A stretch of 64,000 nucleotides of DNA from Candidatus Multivoradales bacterium. GTDB lineage: Bacteria; Acidobacteriota; Thermoanaerobaculia; Multivoradales; J023. The number at the start of each line of letters is the position of its first letter. The first letter of the stretch is position 1. The position numbers and the translations under genes are program-made. The stretch covers positions 1,056,001 through 1,120,000 of the forward strand of contig CBDFLE010000005.1 of NCBI GenBank assembly GCA_965248925.1, read 5' to 3'. The notes under the pieces were generated by a model. That model did not search any database. It was given only the letters and a program-made list of their open reading frames with translations, and was not told where the DNA came from. Positions 19,456 through 28,598 of the stretch are shown here, piece after piece.

Positions 19456-20094
19456 TCAGTGTTCTTGGGTTGCGAAATGACGTTCGAAAGTTTCAGCGAC
19501 TTCCCAGACAGAACTACCCTCTAGAAACGGCTTGTCGCTCGTTACAGAAGTGTTCATACGCAGGTCTCGGTCCAGATAGATGTCAATTCCACTCGTATCG
19601 AGACCTATGGTCTTCAGATCCCGATCCAGGCTTGCATAGATCTCAGCAAGATGTCGCACTCGGTCTAGAGACCGCTCGTGATTTGCTTGTATCCTGGCAT
19701 CACCCACCAGCCCGGCTAGCTCAATCGGATCCGGAGCACTTGAATCTCCATATTTCAGAACTGTTGTCGAGCCGTCCTCTTCCTGTGTTTCACGCACAAT
19801 CATCGGTTGACCATTTGTTACGATATCAAGATATCGGTTGGCTGCGGCGAGGAGAATCGAAGACACCCGAGGATCTTTGAGGTTGATTGATTCGAGCAGA
19901 ACCTCAGTCGATCCCGAATGCTCGAGTTGAGTCGGGACGGCTAGGAAAAAATGATGCAACAGGATATGTTTGGGAATTTCCTGCTTATCGTACTTGTACG
20001 AAAGATCTGGCAGCTCACTGGCGACTTGCTGCGCAGCGGCCATCGTGGAGAGGAGAAGGCCAATGCTCACGGCCAGGATAGGAAGTACATTCAT
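19456..20094 (-). CDS. Secreted hypothetical protein
   Basis: GGAGG RBS, signal peptide MNVLPILAVSIGLLLSTMAAA, lower GC. Confidence 0.7.
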   Translation of the reverse strand: MNVLPILAVSIGLLLSTMAAAQQVASELPDLSYKYDKQEIPKHILLHHFFLAVPTQLEHSGSTEVLLESINLKDPRVSSILLAAANRYLDIVTNGQPMIVRETQEEDGSTTVLKYGDSSAPDPIELAGLVGDARIQANHERSLDRVRHLAEIYASLDRDLKTIGLDTSGIDIYLDRDLRMNTSVTSDKPFLEGSSVWEVAETFERHFATQEH

Positions 20095-20307
20095 GATTCA
20101 TTCCTCCAATTAGGAAATTATCGCGGTTCATCTGGCGCGAAATCAGATAGCGAGGGAAACGCTAGCATATCTCGGCCTGCTTTTCTACGAACTTACGGGG
20201 AGCGCCTAGGACTGGTCAGCGCATTTCATGTTTCCTCCTTGGGATTCAGCAGGTTGTGTTGGTCTGCGCGTTTGTGAACGCCTCGCGATCGATGGTGCAA
20301 CCCATTA

Positions 20308-20475
20308 TCACCGGCACTCTGTATCGGCCACCGACAAGCGCTCGGCCGCCAAGCCGACGGCAGTGGCTGCGTGGCTGTCGAAAGTCAGATCGAGAGCCTG
20401 GGTTGGGGATGGCAGGGTGAGCAGGGCGGTGAGTAGAAGAACCGGCAAGGCAAGAGGGAGGTGATGGCTCGGCAT
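20308..20475 (-). pseudogene. Truncated secreted-protein N-terminus
   Basis: AAGGAG RBS, signal peptide MPSHHLPLALPVLLLTALLTLPSPTQA, then a stop after about 28 residues. Confidence 0.45.
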
Positions 20476-20573
20476 TGGGGGTCGCTCCTTTCGCGGATGC
20501 GGGTTGCGGAGAATCGCTTCAGTCTCTATAGGCGTAAATGGGCCGGCTTCGTTACAACAGGGGTCAAAAACTT

Positions 20574-20993
20574 TCATCGGCGGTCGTTGACTTGGCTGGC
20601 GGCCAGGGCTGTTTCGAGGGCACATTCCGTGAGGGTGTTGGCCAGCTGGTCCATGGCTTCGCAGCGGCGCTGCCCATTCATCGGAATGCGCTCTCGCTCA
20701 GCCAAGGTGCGCAGAAACTGCTCGGCTTGCCGCTGACCACCACGGCGCGAGTCGAGGACTTTGTCGATGAACCAGAGAATGGCGGATGCGGGCTCCAGGT
20801 AGCAGCGGTTAAGGCTCGCCAGGAAGCTGCCGGCAAGGTCTCCGGTGGAGGTGCTGGGGTTCACTTGGAGCTTGGCCCGCGCCACGATCCAGGAATGCTC
20901 CAAGCGCAGGGAGGCACCGGTGACTTGAGAGGCGACCTGGCGTAGCAGAGCGCGCAGCTCAAGGTCGTCTAGTTGCTCTGTCCCGCTATCCAT
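20574..20993 (-). CDS. Hypothetical protein
   Basis: 139-aa helical ORF overlapping the stop of the upstream PCD-like gene. Confidence 0.55.
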   Translation of the reverse strand: MDSGTEQLDDLELRALLRQVASQVTGASLRLEHSWIVARAKLQVNPSTSTGDLAGSFLASLNRCYLEPASAILWFIDKVLDSRRGGQRQAEQFLRTLAERERIPMNGQRRCEAMDQLANTLTECALETALAASQVNDRR

Positions 20994-21297
20994 GACGGGG
21001 TGTCCGCTGCTCTACCTCGGCGGCGAGGCTCTCGATGGCGCGGGCCAGGGAGAGATGGCGCTCGGTGAGTTCGGTTTCGGTAGCACAGGGCAGGCGCACT
21101 TTCAAAGTGCTGCCTTGGAGGTGCAGATCGAGCGGCATCTCCAGCCTCTTGGCCAGCACGAGGCTCTTGCGCAGCAGGTCGCTGGCGCTGGTGAAGTTGG
21201 CGAGGCCGATCTGGCGGCTGATGACCTGGTCTGCGGTACTGGGTTGACGCCAGTGGACTAAACCCTTCAAGCCGAGTTGGATGCGTTCTGGTTTCAT
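20986..21297 (-). CDS. Pterin-4a-carbinolamine dehydratase (PCD)-like protein, degenerate
   Basis: MKPERIQLGLKGLVHW...ISRQIGLANFTSA...LKVRL...LTERHLSLARAIE follows the PCD/DCoH pattern; HHP catalytic motif absent; AGGAGA RBS. Confidence 0.55.
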   Translation of the reverse strand: MKPERIQLGLKGLVHWRQPSTADQVISRQIGLANFTSASDLLRKSLVLAKRLEMPLDLHLQGSTLKVRLPCATETELTERHLSLARAIESLAAEVEQRTPRHG

Positions 21298-21330
21298 CGC
21301 TGTTCTCCTGGTGAGTGTCATGACCGGGTG

Positions 21331-21372
21331 AAAAAAGAGCCTCCGGGCCGGGAGAGAGGGCCGGCCCGGAGG
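21331..21372 (-). terminator. Intrinsic terminator between the two PCD-like genes
   Basis: 12-bp perfect stem CCTCCGGGCCGG/CCGGCCCGGAGG followed on the minus strand by CTCTTTTTT. Confidence 0.75.
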
Positions 21373-21399
21373 TAGGGAGGGTTCCGGCGGCCTCAGGGT

Positions 21400-21726
21400 C
21401 TAACCGCCGGATCCGCATGGGAGGTCGAGGGAATGGGCATATTCGAAATGCCGGTGAGTCAGGCTGGCTGGGGGTCGTGGCGCGATCTGGATACTGAGCC
21501 GCCGGCCGACGACGACGATTCGCGGGGTGATCGCCAGCCGCTCGCCGGTGAAGAGCACGAAATCGACGAAGATCATGGCGTCGCGCCAAGTGTCGAGCAG
21601 GTAGTGCTTGCCGATCGCTTGGACGTTTTCGGCGCGGCGCCAGCCGCTCAGTGGGCTCAAGGCGGCTTGGATTTGATCGTCGGTCATCACGGGCGATCTA
21701 CTTTCGAGTAGGAACGATTCAGGCAT
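21400..21726 (-). CDS. PCD-like protein, degenerate
   Basis: MTDDQIQAALSPLSGW...IGKHY...WRDAMIFV...ITPRI...LTHRHFEYAHSLD; HHP replaced by ITP. Confidence 0.65.
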   Translation of the reverse strand: MPESFLLESRSPVMTDDQIQAALSPLSGWRRAENVQAIGKHYLLDTWRDAMIFVDFVLFTGERLAITPRIVVVGRRLSIQIAPRPPASLTHRHFEYAHSLDLPCGSGG

Positions 21727-21776
21727 GCCAAGAGCCTAGAGGGCAGGCGGAACTCTCCGAGCACAATTTAGAAGAA

Positions 21777-21835
21777 TCAGCAAAGATGCTGATCTCATCT
21801 CGGATTGGCAGCAGATGGATCAGCATCTTTGCTGA
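21777..21835. promoter_or_regulatory. 18-bp perfect inverted repeat in a divergent promoter region (operator or hairpin)
   Basis: TCAGCAAAGATGCTGATC (21777-21794) and GATCAGCATCTTTGCTGA (21818-21835), extendable by CATCT/AGATG. Confidence 0.8.
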
Positions 21836-21897
21836 CTAGGTTGTCGATCTGCCTGTCGTGCGAGGCTGCGGGGAAATCGAATTGGGAGCGCCATGTC

Positions 21898-23316
21898 ATG
21901 GAGGGGAAGCTGCTACGGAGGGTTATCGAGGTTCTGAGCCGGATGGTCGAGGCTCACCCGCTGCTGAAGAGAGAAATCGATATCCGAGCTGGCCTCAGCA
22001 CCGGCTACTTGAGTCGCGCGCTGAACACTGGCGCGATGAGCTTGCCCAGCCTGGATCTGGTGCTGGCGGCGATGAGGGTGTCGCCCCAGGAGTTCTTCAG
22101 TAGGGTGACCGGGCTCGACCCGGCCGAGTTCCTCGGTACCAGCCGTGGCGATCCAGGCGTCAGTGCTGCTCTGCGAGCGGTGTTCCTTGGCGAGACTTCC
22201 TCCTGCTGCGCTACAGAGCCGCACAGGCTTCAACTGCTACTCGAGGTGCTACCAGAAGCGGCGCTGGCTCGGCATTTTCGAGAGAATGAGTGTTGGAGAA
22301 CGTTGCAGGCGGTGGAAGTAGCTTGTGACCACCTAGCCCTCGTACGCTTCACAGACCCGGGCGCCTCAGCGGAGTTGGCCCGGTCTTTGGTCGAGGGGGT
22401 CGGAGGACGCGGCGGTTGCTGTGCAGGAGCCTTGAAGGCAAGCAGAGCTTTAGTAAGCGCCAATCAGCTAGGTGGCTGGATGACGGCTGCAAAGAGTGCG
22501 GCCTACAGCATGGTGGTGCCATCATGCGGGCGAGGTTCCTTCATTTCCTATATGACCGGCGGGCAGATTATTTTCGCACTTGGAGAGTATCCCAAAGCAC
22601 GGAGGTACTACAGGGAGGCTCGGAGGTTGGCGCTGGGCGACTCTGCTTGTTACCTTGAAGCAGAAGTAGCGACTGCTCGCTGTCTGGTTGTACTGGATGA
22701 AATGGACAATCGACAACTCGACTGATACCTGGATCTCCTGAAAGGTTCTTCGAACTGGCTTCGATCAATTAGCATGCACCAGTGTGCTGCCAATTGGTTC
22801 GCACGAAAGAAAATGCAGATTGAAGCGAATGTTCAGTTGCAACGCGCGAGAGCTTTTCTGCCGCATAGCGGAGCACCGTATCTAGAGGCGTGGCTGCTTT
22901 GGACCGAATCAACGATCCAACAGTCAACTGGCAACCTTGAAGCAACCGAAGAACATGTTTCGCTGGCGGTGGAGTTGTTCGCCGGTATCAATCCATTTGA
23001 TGCTGTGTTGGCTAACATAGATCTTGTCGATCTCTTGATCTCGATGGGAAGGATAGAGGAGGCAAGGTCCGAATTTCACGATTTACAACAGCGGTATCTT
23101 TGGGGTACTGAGCGCCTTGGTATGCTTGCCCCACTAGAGCAAGAGTCGGAGGAGTTATCTTCAAGGACAAGCGGCGCTCAAAAGTCCAGGTTTCGGCCCA
23201 CCACACAGGTTTTCTCGCGCATCAACGGACTAATCACTAGAACAACACGCCGAATTCGTCAGCGAGGAGGTGGTCGCACTTGCTATTCTGATATGGGAAC
23301 TGGAAAACGACAGTAG
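21898..23316 (+). pseudogene. XRE-type HTH plus TPR-like regulator, interrupted by an in-frame TGA at 22723-22725
   Basis: KREIDIRAGLSTGYLSRALNTG..LDLVLAAMRVSPQEFF HTH; helical repeats; GAC TGA TAC CTG... continues in frame into the 22774-23316 ORF. Confidence 0.65.
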
Positions 23317-23545
23317 TTCGTGGTGCAGGCGGTGCCCACCAAGCTAGCAGCGGAGCTGTACTTAGGGCTTCATTGAAGACTCTTCGCCTTGCTGCTAGGC
23401 AACTAGGCGAGGGGGTTGAGCGATTCTCTCCAATTGAGGGCAGAAGCGAGAAGTCCGGGATGGGTACTTCTCTAGACAAGAGTAGACTCTCTGGTAACCA
23501 GCCGGTGTCTTCTGTGCGGCAGCGGCCACTGCCCCACCGAGAGTT

Positions 23546-23721
23546 ACTCCCTCGACGAAGTCATCAGGACAACTCCGGCCTTGGCTAGCGGCGCCATGTA
23601 CGTGCGAGGCCGGCGCCACCTCTTCGCGATTGCTGCGGCGGCTCCGCCGACTGCTCAAGGCGGTAACACCCCCCCCACCCCAATAGTCGTCCCCAGGCAC
23701 CCGAAGCGACAAGCTACCAAG
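23546..23721 (+). repeat. Copy 3 of the PQQ-gene 3' end (orphan)
   Basis: SLDEVIRTTPALASGAMYVRGRRHLFAI versus SLDEVIMTTPALAAGAMYVRGRRHLFAI; differences mostly synonymous. Confidence 0.92.
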
Positions 23722-24463
23722 CCGGGCCCTGGTCTAGCTTATCGAGCAGCGATGACCTGCCTGAAGAATCCGTCTTGATCGGATACCAGGAACCGGCACG
23801 GCGCATCGCGACAGGATTTCCGTCGAGCGGCCGCAGCGTCAGCAGATCACTAGACGCCTGGTAGGTGGCGCAGGTTGCCGGCGTGCCTCCAGCTTGTAGA
23901 ACCAGTTGGCCATCTTCAATCGAACATCTGATCTCGAAAACCGCCATCGGCAGGCGAAATTGATGCCACCCATCGGCGAGAAATCGATGATAGGCCCAAG
24001 TACCCTTGGCAACCTTACTTTTCCACGAGCCGAGCACAGAGTCGGCAGACCCCGACAAACGGCGGTGCCGTATAGCCTCCTTGCCCGTTCCTAGAATGAG
24101 CTTCTTGTCAGTGAGTTGAAACGGCGTTCCCTGCGTCCTTTCAGCAGGCAGCCAGATGAGCCCGTTCTCTACTCTAAAAGCGCTGTCCACAATGACCACT
24201 ACGACACTTGAGCAAGTGCCATCGCCTCGCACCTCCAATGCCGAGCTGATGCCGCTACTTGGAGTTTCGACCGCCTCCCACAGGCCATTGATCGTGACCC
24301 CTTCGGCACTTGCCGAGGGCACCGTTGGAGAGGGAGACCGAGCAAGGCTGAGACTCGGCAGAAAAACCAAGGCGAGGGAGAGAATGAATGCCGCTCGACG
24401 TTGTTCTTGAGCTTGAAAGAAAGTCACTTTTAGCCTCCTACTACTGTTGAATTGCTCCCTCAT
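23714..24463 (-). CDS. Secreted hypothetical protein (two beta-rich repeats beginning GLW/GSW)
   Basis: Hydrophobic signal AAFILSLALVFLPSLSLA; 249-aa ORF. Confidence 0.65.
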   Translation of the reverse strand: MREQFNSSRRLKVTFFQAQEQRRAAFILSLALVFLPSLSLARSPSPTVPSASAEGVTINGLWEAVETPSSGISSALEVRGDGTCSSVVVVIVDSAFRVENGLIWLPAERTQGTPFQLTDKKLILGTGKEAIRHRRLSGSADSVLGSWKSKVAKGTWAYHRFLADGWHQFRLPMAVFEIRCSIEDGQLVLQAGGTPATCATYQASSDLLTLRPLDGNPVAMRRAGSWYPIKTDSSGRSSLLDKLDQGPAW

Positions 24464-24668
24464 GTTGCCCCCTAAAGGCAGTTACGAAAGCAATGCTCAT
24501 GCCAGCAGTCGGCGGCCAGCAGAAGGCCGTGATTTCGGGGATTTGGCGGGTCGGACAGAGGGAGAAGAAGCTCCTTCACCGTACAAGTCTGTACAAGGAA
24601 CGCCTATCGATCTAAAGCAAGAGAGGGGTGAGCCAATCTACAGACTCGAAGTTCCCCGAGCGAAACAG

Positions 24669-27600
24669 CTAAGAACCCACCCGCCCCGCCCGCTCGGCCA
24701 AGGCCACGTAACCACGGGCCGCGGCGCGCTCGCGGACTCGCTGGGCGATGGCGCCACCTTCAGCGCCGCCGCCGGCAGCAATTCGTAACTCGGCGCGCAG
24801 CAACTCGCCCAACAGCTGTTGTTCGGCGTAGCCCGAGAGAGTGGCGAGGGCGGTGGCCGCTTCCAGGTGCCGTCCCGCCGCCGCTGTGTGGTGACGGGCG
24901 AGTTCGAGGCCAACACCGGCCAGGCCGACCTCGATCACCACTAGCTTGCGGTCACTGATGGCGGCCAGGCTCTCGGCCAACCGCAACTCGGCGGCGGCAT
25001 CGGCGTAGCGACCACTAGCCCCCAGAGCCTGCACCACAACCGCTCGCGCCAAGGCTTCTTCGGCCGCGCGGCCGGCCCGCTGGCAGGCGGCGGCGGCCAG
25101 AACTGCTTGCTCCTCGGCAGCAACCGGCTCGCCTTCGAGAATGGAGAGGCGGGCGAGGGCGATCTGGCTCTCGGTTAGCCCGGCTACTTCGCCGAGTTCG
25201 CGGCGTAGCTCTAGAGCCTCTTGGTGTAGCTGGCGAGCGGCTGCTCTCTCTCCCACCACTCGCTCTAGCTCGGCTTGTTGGTAGAGGGTCTGGGCCAGCT
25301 TGCTGGGGCTGTCTATTTCTTCGGCCAGAGTCCGCGCTTGGCCGAGCAAGTCGCCGGCTCGCTCTAGCTCGCCGACCCTGAAGAACACCAGAGCTAGGTT
25401 GTTGAGGGCGCTGACCTCGCCGCCTTTCTGACCCAGCTGGCGGTGCAGCTCGAGAGCCTCGGCGCCACGCCGGCGACTGGCCTCGAGTTCGCCAGCGAGA
25501 CGCTCTACCGCCGCCAGGTTGTTGAGCGTGTAGGCCACTGCGCCACGCTGGCCAAGCTCTTTCCAGGTGATCAGTACGTCTTCGAGTAGGTCGCGGGCCT
25601 TTTCCAGGTCATCGCGATTGACGAATAACACCGCCAAGTTGTTGAGCGCGGTGGCCAACCCGTGACGATTGCCGGTCTCGCGGTAGATGGCGGCGGTTTC
25701 ACCGTACAGGGTCTGGGCCCGGTCTAACTCGCCCCGCCGCCGCGCCTGCAACGCCAAGCTGCCGAGGGAGGTGGCGACGCCGTCTTGATCACCAATTGAG
25801 CGAAAGCGCGACAGGGCCTCGGTGTAGTCGCGTTCGGCGTCGGCCATGTGACCCAGATCGAGCAGCGAGTTGCCCCGCTTGAGCAAAGCCAGGGCGGCGT
25901 GGGTGGGCAACGCCAGTCGGGTGTAGATAGCCAAGGCTTGCTCGGCCGAGGCCCGCGACGCCGCCGCCTGCCCAAGCGCCTGTTGGGCGTCAGCAGCCAC
26001 CAAACGAGCTTCGCCGAGCAACAGGCTGGCACCCAGACCGCCGGCAGCCTCGGCGGCGCTCTCGGCGGCCGCCAGCTTGCCGGCGAAATCGCCCAAGGCG
26101 GTGCTGGCCGAGGCCATCGCCAAGTCGATTCGAGGATCGTCTGAACTCGGTGGCGGTAGGAGCTGCAATTCGTCGGTTGTCTCAAGGGCAGCCCGCGGCG
26201 AACCGCCAGCGACCTCCACCGCCGCCAACCTCAAACCGTATTCCAAGTTGTCGGGAAAGGTCTGCCATAGGGAGTCGAAGATCTCGATCGCCGCTGGCCA
26301 CTCGCCAGCCGATTTGCGATACAGGCCTTCGAGCAGCAAGCGGTCTTCGCGTCCCAACTCGGTCGACAGCTCGAAGGCCCGCTTTGCCTGCTGGGTTGCC
26401 CGAGCAGCGTAACCCAACGCATCCCAAGCTTGGGACAAGGCAGAGTGCAGGAAGGCTCGACCGGGCTCACCAGCCACCGCTTGCTGCAACAAATCGCGTG
26501 CCTCGACCGGCCGCGAACCTCGCAGCGCCTCAATCGCTTCGGCGTAGAGGCGGGCAATGCCGGCATTGGTGGGCAAGCCACTGACCGCGCTGGTGGTGGC
26601 GGCTTCGGCGCCGAGTTGTTGCCGCAGCTGATCGCCAAGTCGGGTCACCAGGGCGAAAATGTCGCCGTCGGCAGCGGTTTCACCCAAAGACGCCACGGTG
26701 CGGGCCAAAGCAGTGTCTTGCAAACGCAAATCGAGACGCAGCGGCTGCCCGTCACCGCGCGCCACATAGCCGCCGCTAACCACGAAATCGCAACCAGCGG
26801 TGGCCCGCAGACGGTGCAGCAGGTCTTCGGACAAGACGCCACCGGCGCTGAGCTGAAGCTCGCGCCGCACCCGGGCAATAGTCGCCGCCGGAACCGTTCG
26901 CAAGCTCTCTCCACGGGCCAGCTCGGTGGACAGCATCTCGCCCAAGGCGGTGGACATCCAAGCCACCTCGTCGCGACCGGTGCGGTTCTCGAATCCAAGC
27001 ACCGCTACGGAACTGCGCGGAGTCAGAGTTTGCGCCCCCGGCTGCCACCAGCGGTTCCAGGCCCACACCCCGGCCGCCAACAAGACCACCAGCATCAGCG
27101 CCGCGCCCAAGCCAGGTCGGCGCCGATTCGGAAGCCGTAGGCTAGCTGTTGGGGGACCCACGGCGGTGGAGTCCAAATCCGCGGTCGCTCGCCGTGACAA
27201 ATTAAGTGTCGGCCCGGCGAGCGCAGTCGGTGAAGGGTGCAGCGGTTTCGCTTCCAGCGCCGCAACCACCTCTACCGCCGAGTGGAAGCGATCTGCCGGC
27301 CGACGCTCCAAGCAGCGCAGGATCACCCGCTGCCAACGCGGGTCGATGTCCGGCAGATGAACATGCGGCGGCGTCGGCGGTTCCTTGAGTCGCTTGACTG
27401 CCTTGATCAGCGGCGTCTCGCCTTCGAAAGGCAATCTGCCGGTGAGCAGCTCGTAGAGCACCACGCCAAAGGCATAGACGTCGGCCTCCGGAGTGATGGT
27501 CTCGCTCTCGAGCTGCTCCGGCGCCATGTAGGCCGGCGTGCCGACGTAGCCGGCACCGGTAACCTCGGCAGCGAACGGATCGTCGGCCCGAGCAATGCCA

Positions 27601-28436
27601 AAATCGGTCACCACCACCCGCGGCTCGGCGCCGGCGCCCGGCACCAGGAAGACGTTTTCGCACTTGAAATCGCGATGGACAACCCCAGCCCGGTGGGCAG
27701 CGTCGAGCGCCGCCGCCATCTGCCCCGCCAAGGGTAGAATCTCGCTGCAAGCCAGGCGACCTCGACGGCGGACGAGCGCTTGCAGGGTCTCACCCTCGAG
27801 CAGTTCCATGCTGAGGAAGATTAGCGGCGGCGCCGCCCGTGAGACGCGATGCTGACCGAGGTCGAAGATGCGGCAAACATTGGGATGGGTCACCCGGCGG
27901 GCCAGATGAATCTCCCTCTTGAAGCGATCGACCACTCCGGCATCGGCCCCCACCCGGGCGCCGATGGTTTTCAGTGCCACGCGGGTGCGCAGCTCGGTGT
28001 CTTCAGCTTCGTAGACCTCACCCATGCCACCATGGGCGATGAAACGGACAATGCGGTAGCGGTCCTGGAGAATCTCACCCGGCTGGAAAACCTGTGGCAG
28101 AGGCAGAATCACCGACTCGACCGGTGGCAGAGCATATCCCCTGGCCTCACCGACAGCCGGTGTCGACTGGCGCAACTGGCCGGTGGAGACCACTGCCGTG
28201 GGGTTCGGCGGCATGCCGGTCACCGCTCTCCCCAAGGCTGCCGAAGGAGCGGGAGACGGACGACTTGGAGGGCGGGTCGGCCGCGGCGGCGGCGCGCTGC
28301 CGCCAGCTGAGGCAGCACGATGGCGCAAGCGATAGCGCGCTCCACACGACGGACACACCACCCTCACCGCGGCACCCTTGCGCTGCTCAGCCGAGATTGG
28401 AATGTCGACGCTACACTTGCTACATCTGAGCTTCAC
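24669..28436 (-). CDS. Ser/Thr protein kinase with N-terminal zinc ribbon, TM, TolB-N-like domain and TPR repeats
   Basis: CSKC..CPSC; HGGMGEVY, VALK, HRDFKCEN, DFG, GTPAYMAPEQ; TM; SVAVLGFEN; many ALNNLA-type TPRs. Confidence 0.92.
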   Translation of the reverse strand: MKLRCSKCSVDIPISAEQRKGAAVRVVCPSCGARYRLRHRAASAGGSAPPPRPTRPPSRPSPAPSAALGRAVTGMPPNPTAVVSTGQLRQSTPAVGEARGYALPPVESVILPLPQVFQPGEILQDRYRIVRFIAHGGMGEVYEAEDTELRTRVALKTIGARVGADAGVVDRFKREIHLARRVTHPNVCRIFDLGQHRVSRAAPPLIFLSMELLEGETLQALVRRRGRLACSEILPLAGQMAAALDAAHRAGVVHRDFKCENVFLVPGAGAEPRVVVTDFGIARADDPFAAEVTGAGYVGTPAYMAPEQLESETITPEADVYAFGVVLYELLTGRLPFEGETPLIKAVKRLKEPPTPPHVHLPDIDPRWQRVILRCLERRPADRFHSAVEVVAALEAKPLHPSPTALAGPTLNLSRRATADLDSTAVGPPTASLRLPNRRRPGLGAALMLVVLLAAGVWAWNRWWQPGAQTLTPRSSVAVLGFENRTGRDEVAWMSTALGEMLSTELARGESLRTVPAATIARVRRELQLSAGGVLSEDLLHRLRATAGCDFVVSGGYVARGDGQPLRLDLRLQDTALARTVASLGETAADGDIFALVTRLGDQLRQQLGAEAATTSAVSGLPTNAGIARLYAEAIEALRGSRPVEARDLLQQAVAGEPGRAFLHSALSQAWDALGYAARATQQAKRAFELSTELGREDRLLLEGLYRKSAGEWPAAIEIFDSLWQTFPDNLEYGLRLAAVEVAGGSPRAALETTDELQLLPPPSSDDPRIDLAMASASTALGDFAGKLAAAESAAEAAGGLGASLLLGEARLVAADAQQALGQAAASRASAEQALAIYTRLALPTHAALALLKRGNSLLDLGHMADAERDYTEALSRFRSIGDQDGVATSLGSLALQARRRGELDRAQTLYGETAAIYRETGNRHGLATALNNLAVLFVNRDDLEKARDLLEDVLITWKELGQRGAVAYTLNNLAAVERLAGELEASRRRGAEALELHRQLGQKGGEVSALNNLALVFFRVGELERAGDLLGQARTLAEEIDSPSKLAQTLYQQAELERVVGERAAARQLHQEALELRRELGEVAGLTESQIALARLSILEGEPVAAEEQAVLAAAACQRAGRAAEEALARAVVVQALGASGRYADAAAELRLAESLAAISDRKLVVIEVGLAGVGLELARHHTAAAGRHLEAATALATLSGYAEQQLLGELLRAELRIAAGGGAEGGAIAQRVRERAAARGYVALAERAGRVGS

Positions 28437-28598
28437 CCACCCATGCTCCTAGCCAGACCCGCCAAGCGAGCCGTCCAAGCGGTGCTCGTCTGAGCAGCGC
28501 TGGAGGTTGTGGAATTCGGCCAAGCATATCCAATCGGCCGGCCCTGCCGCCGGGCGATGGCTCTTTTTTGCATCAAACCCAGAACCAGCGAAGCCTCT

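Noticed and set aside
6037-23546. Prophage or integrative element with att sites
   Set aside because: No integrase, phage structural or conjugation genes; the repeats are multiple diverged gene ends and not a single attL/attR pair
5934-23632. Diversity-generating retroelement (an RT plus near-identical repeats at a gene 3' end)
   Set aside because: The RT has group II intron features with upstream intron RNA, and mismatches between repeat copies are mostly synonymous changes at all bases, not adenine-specific
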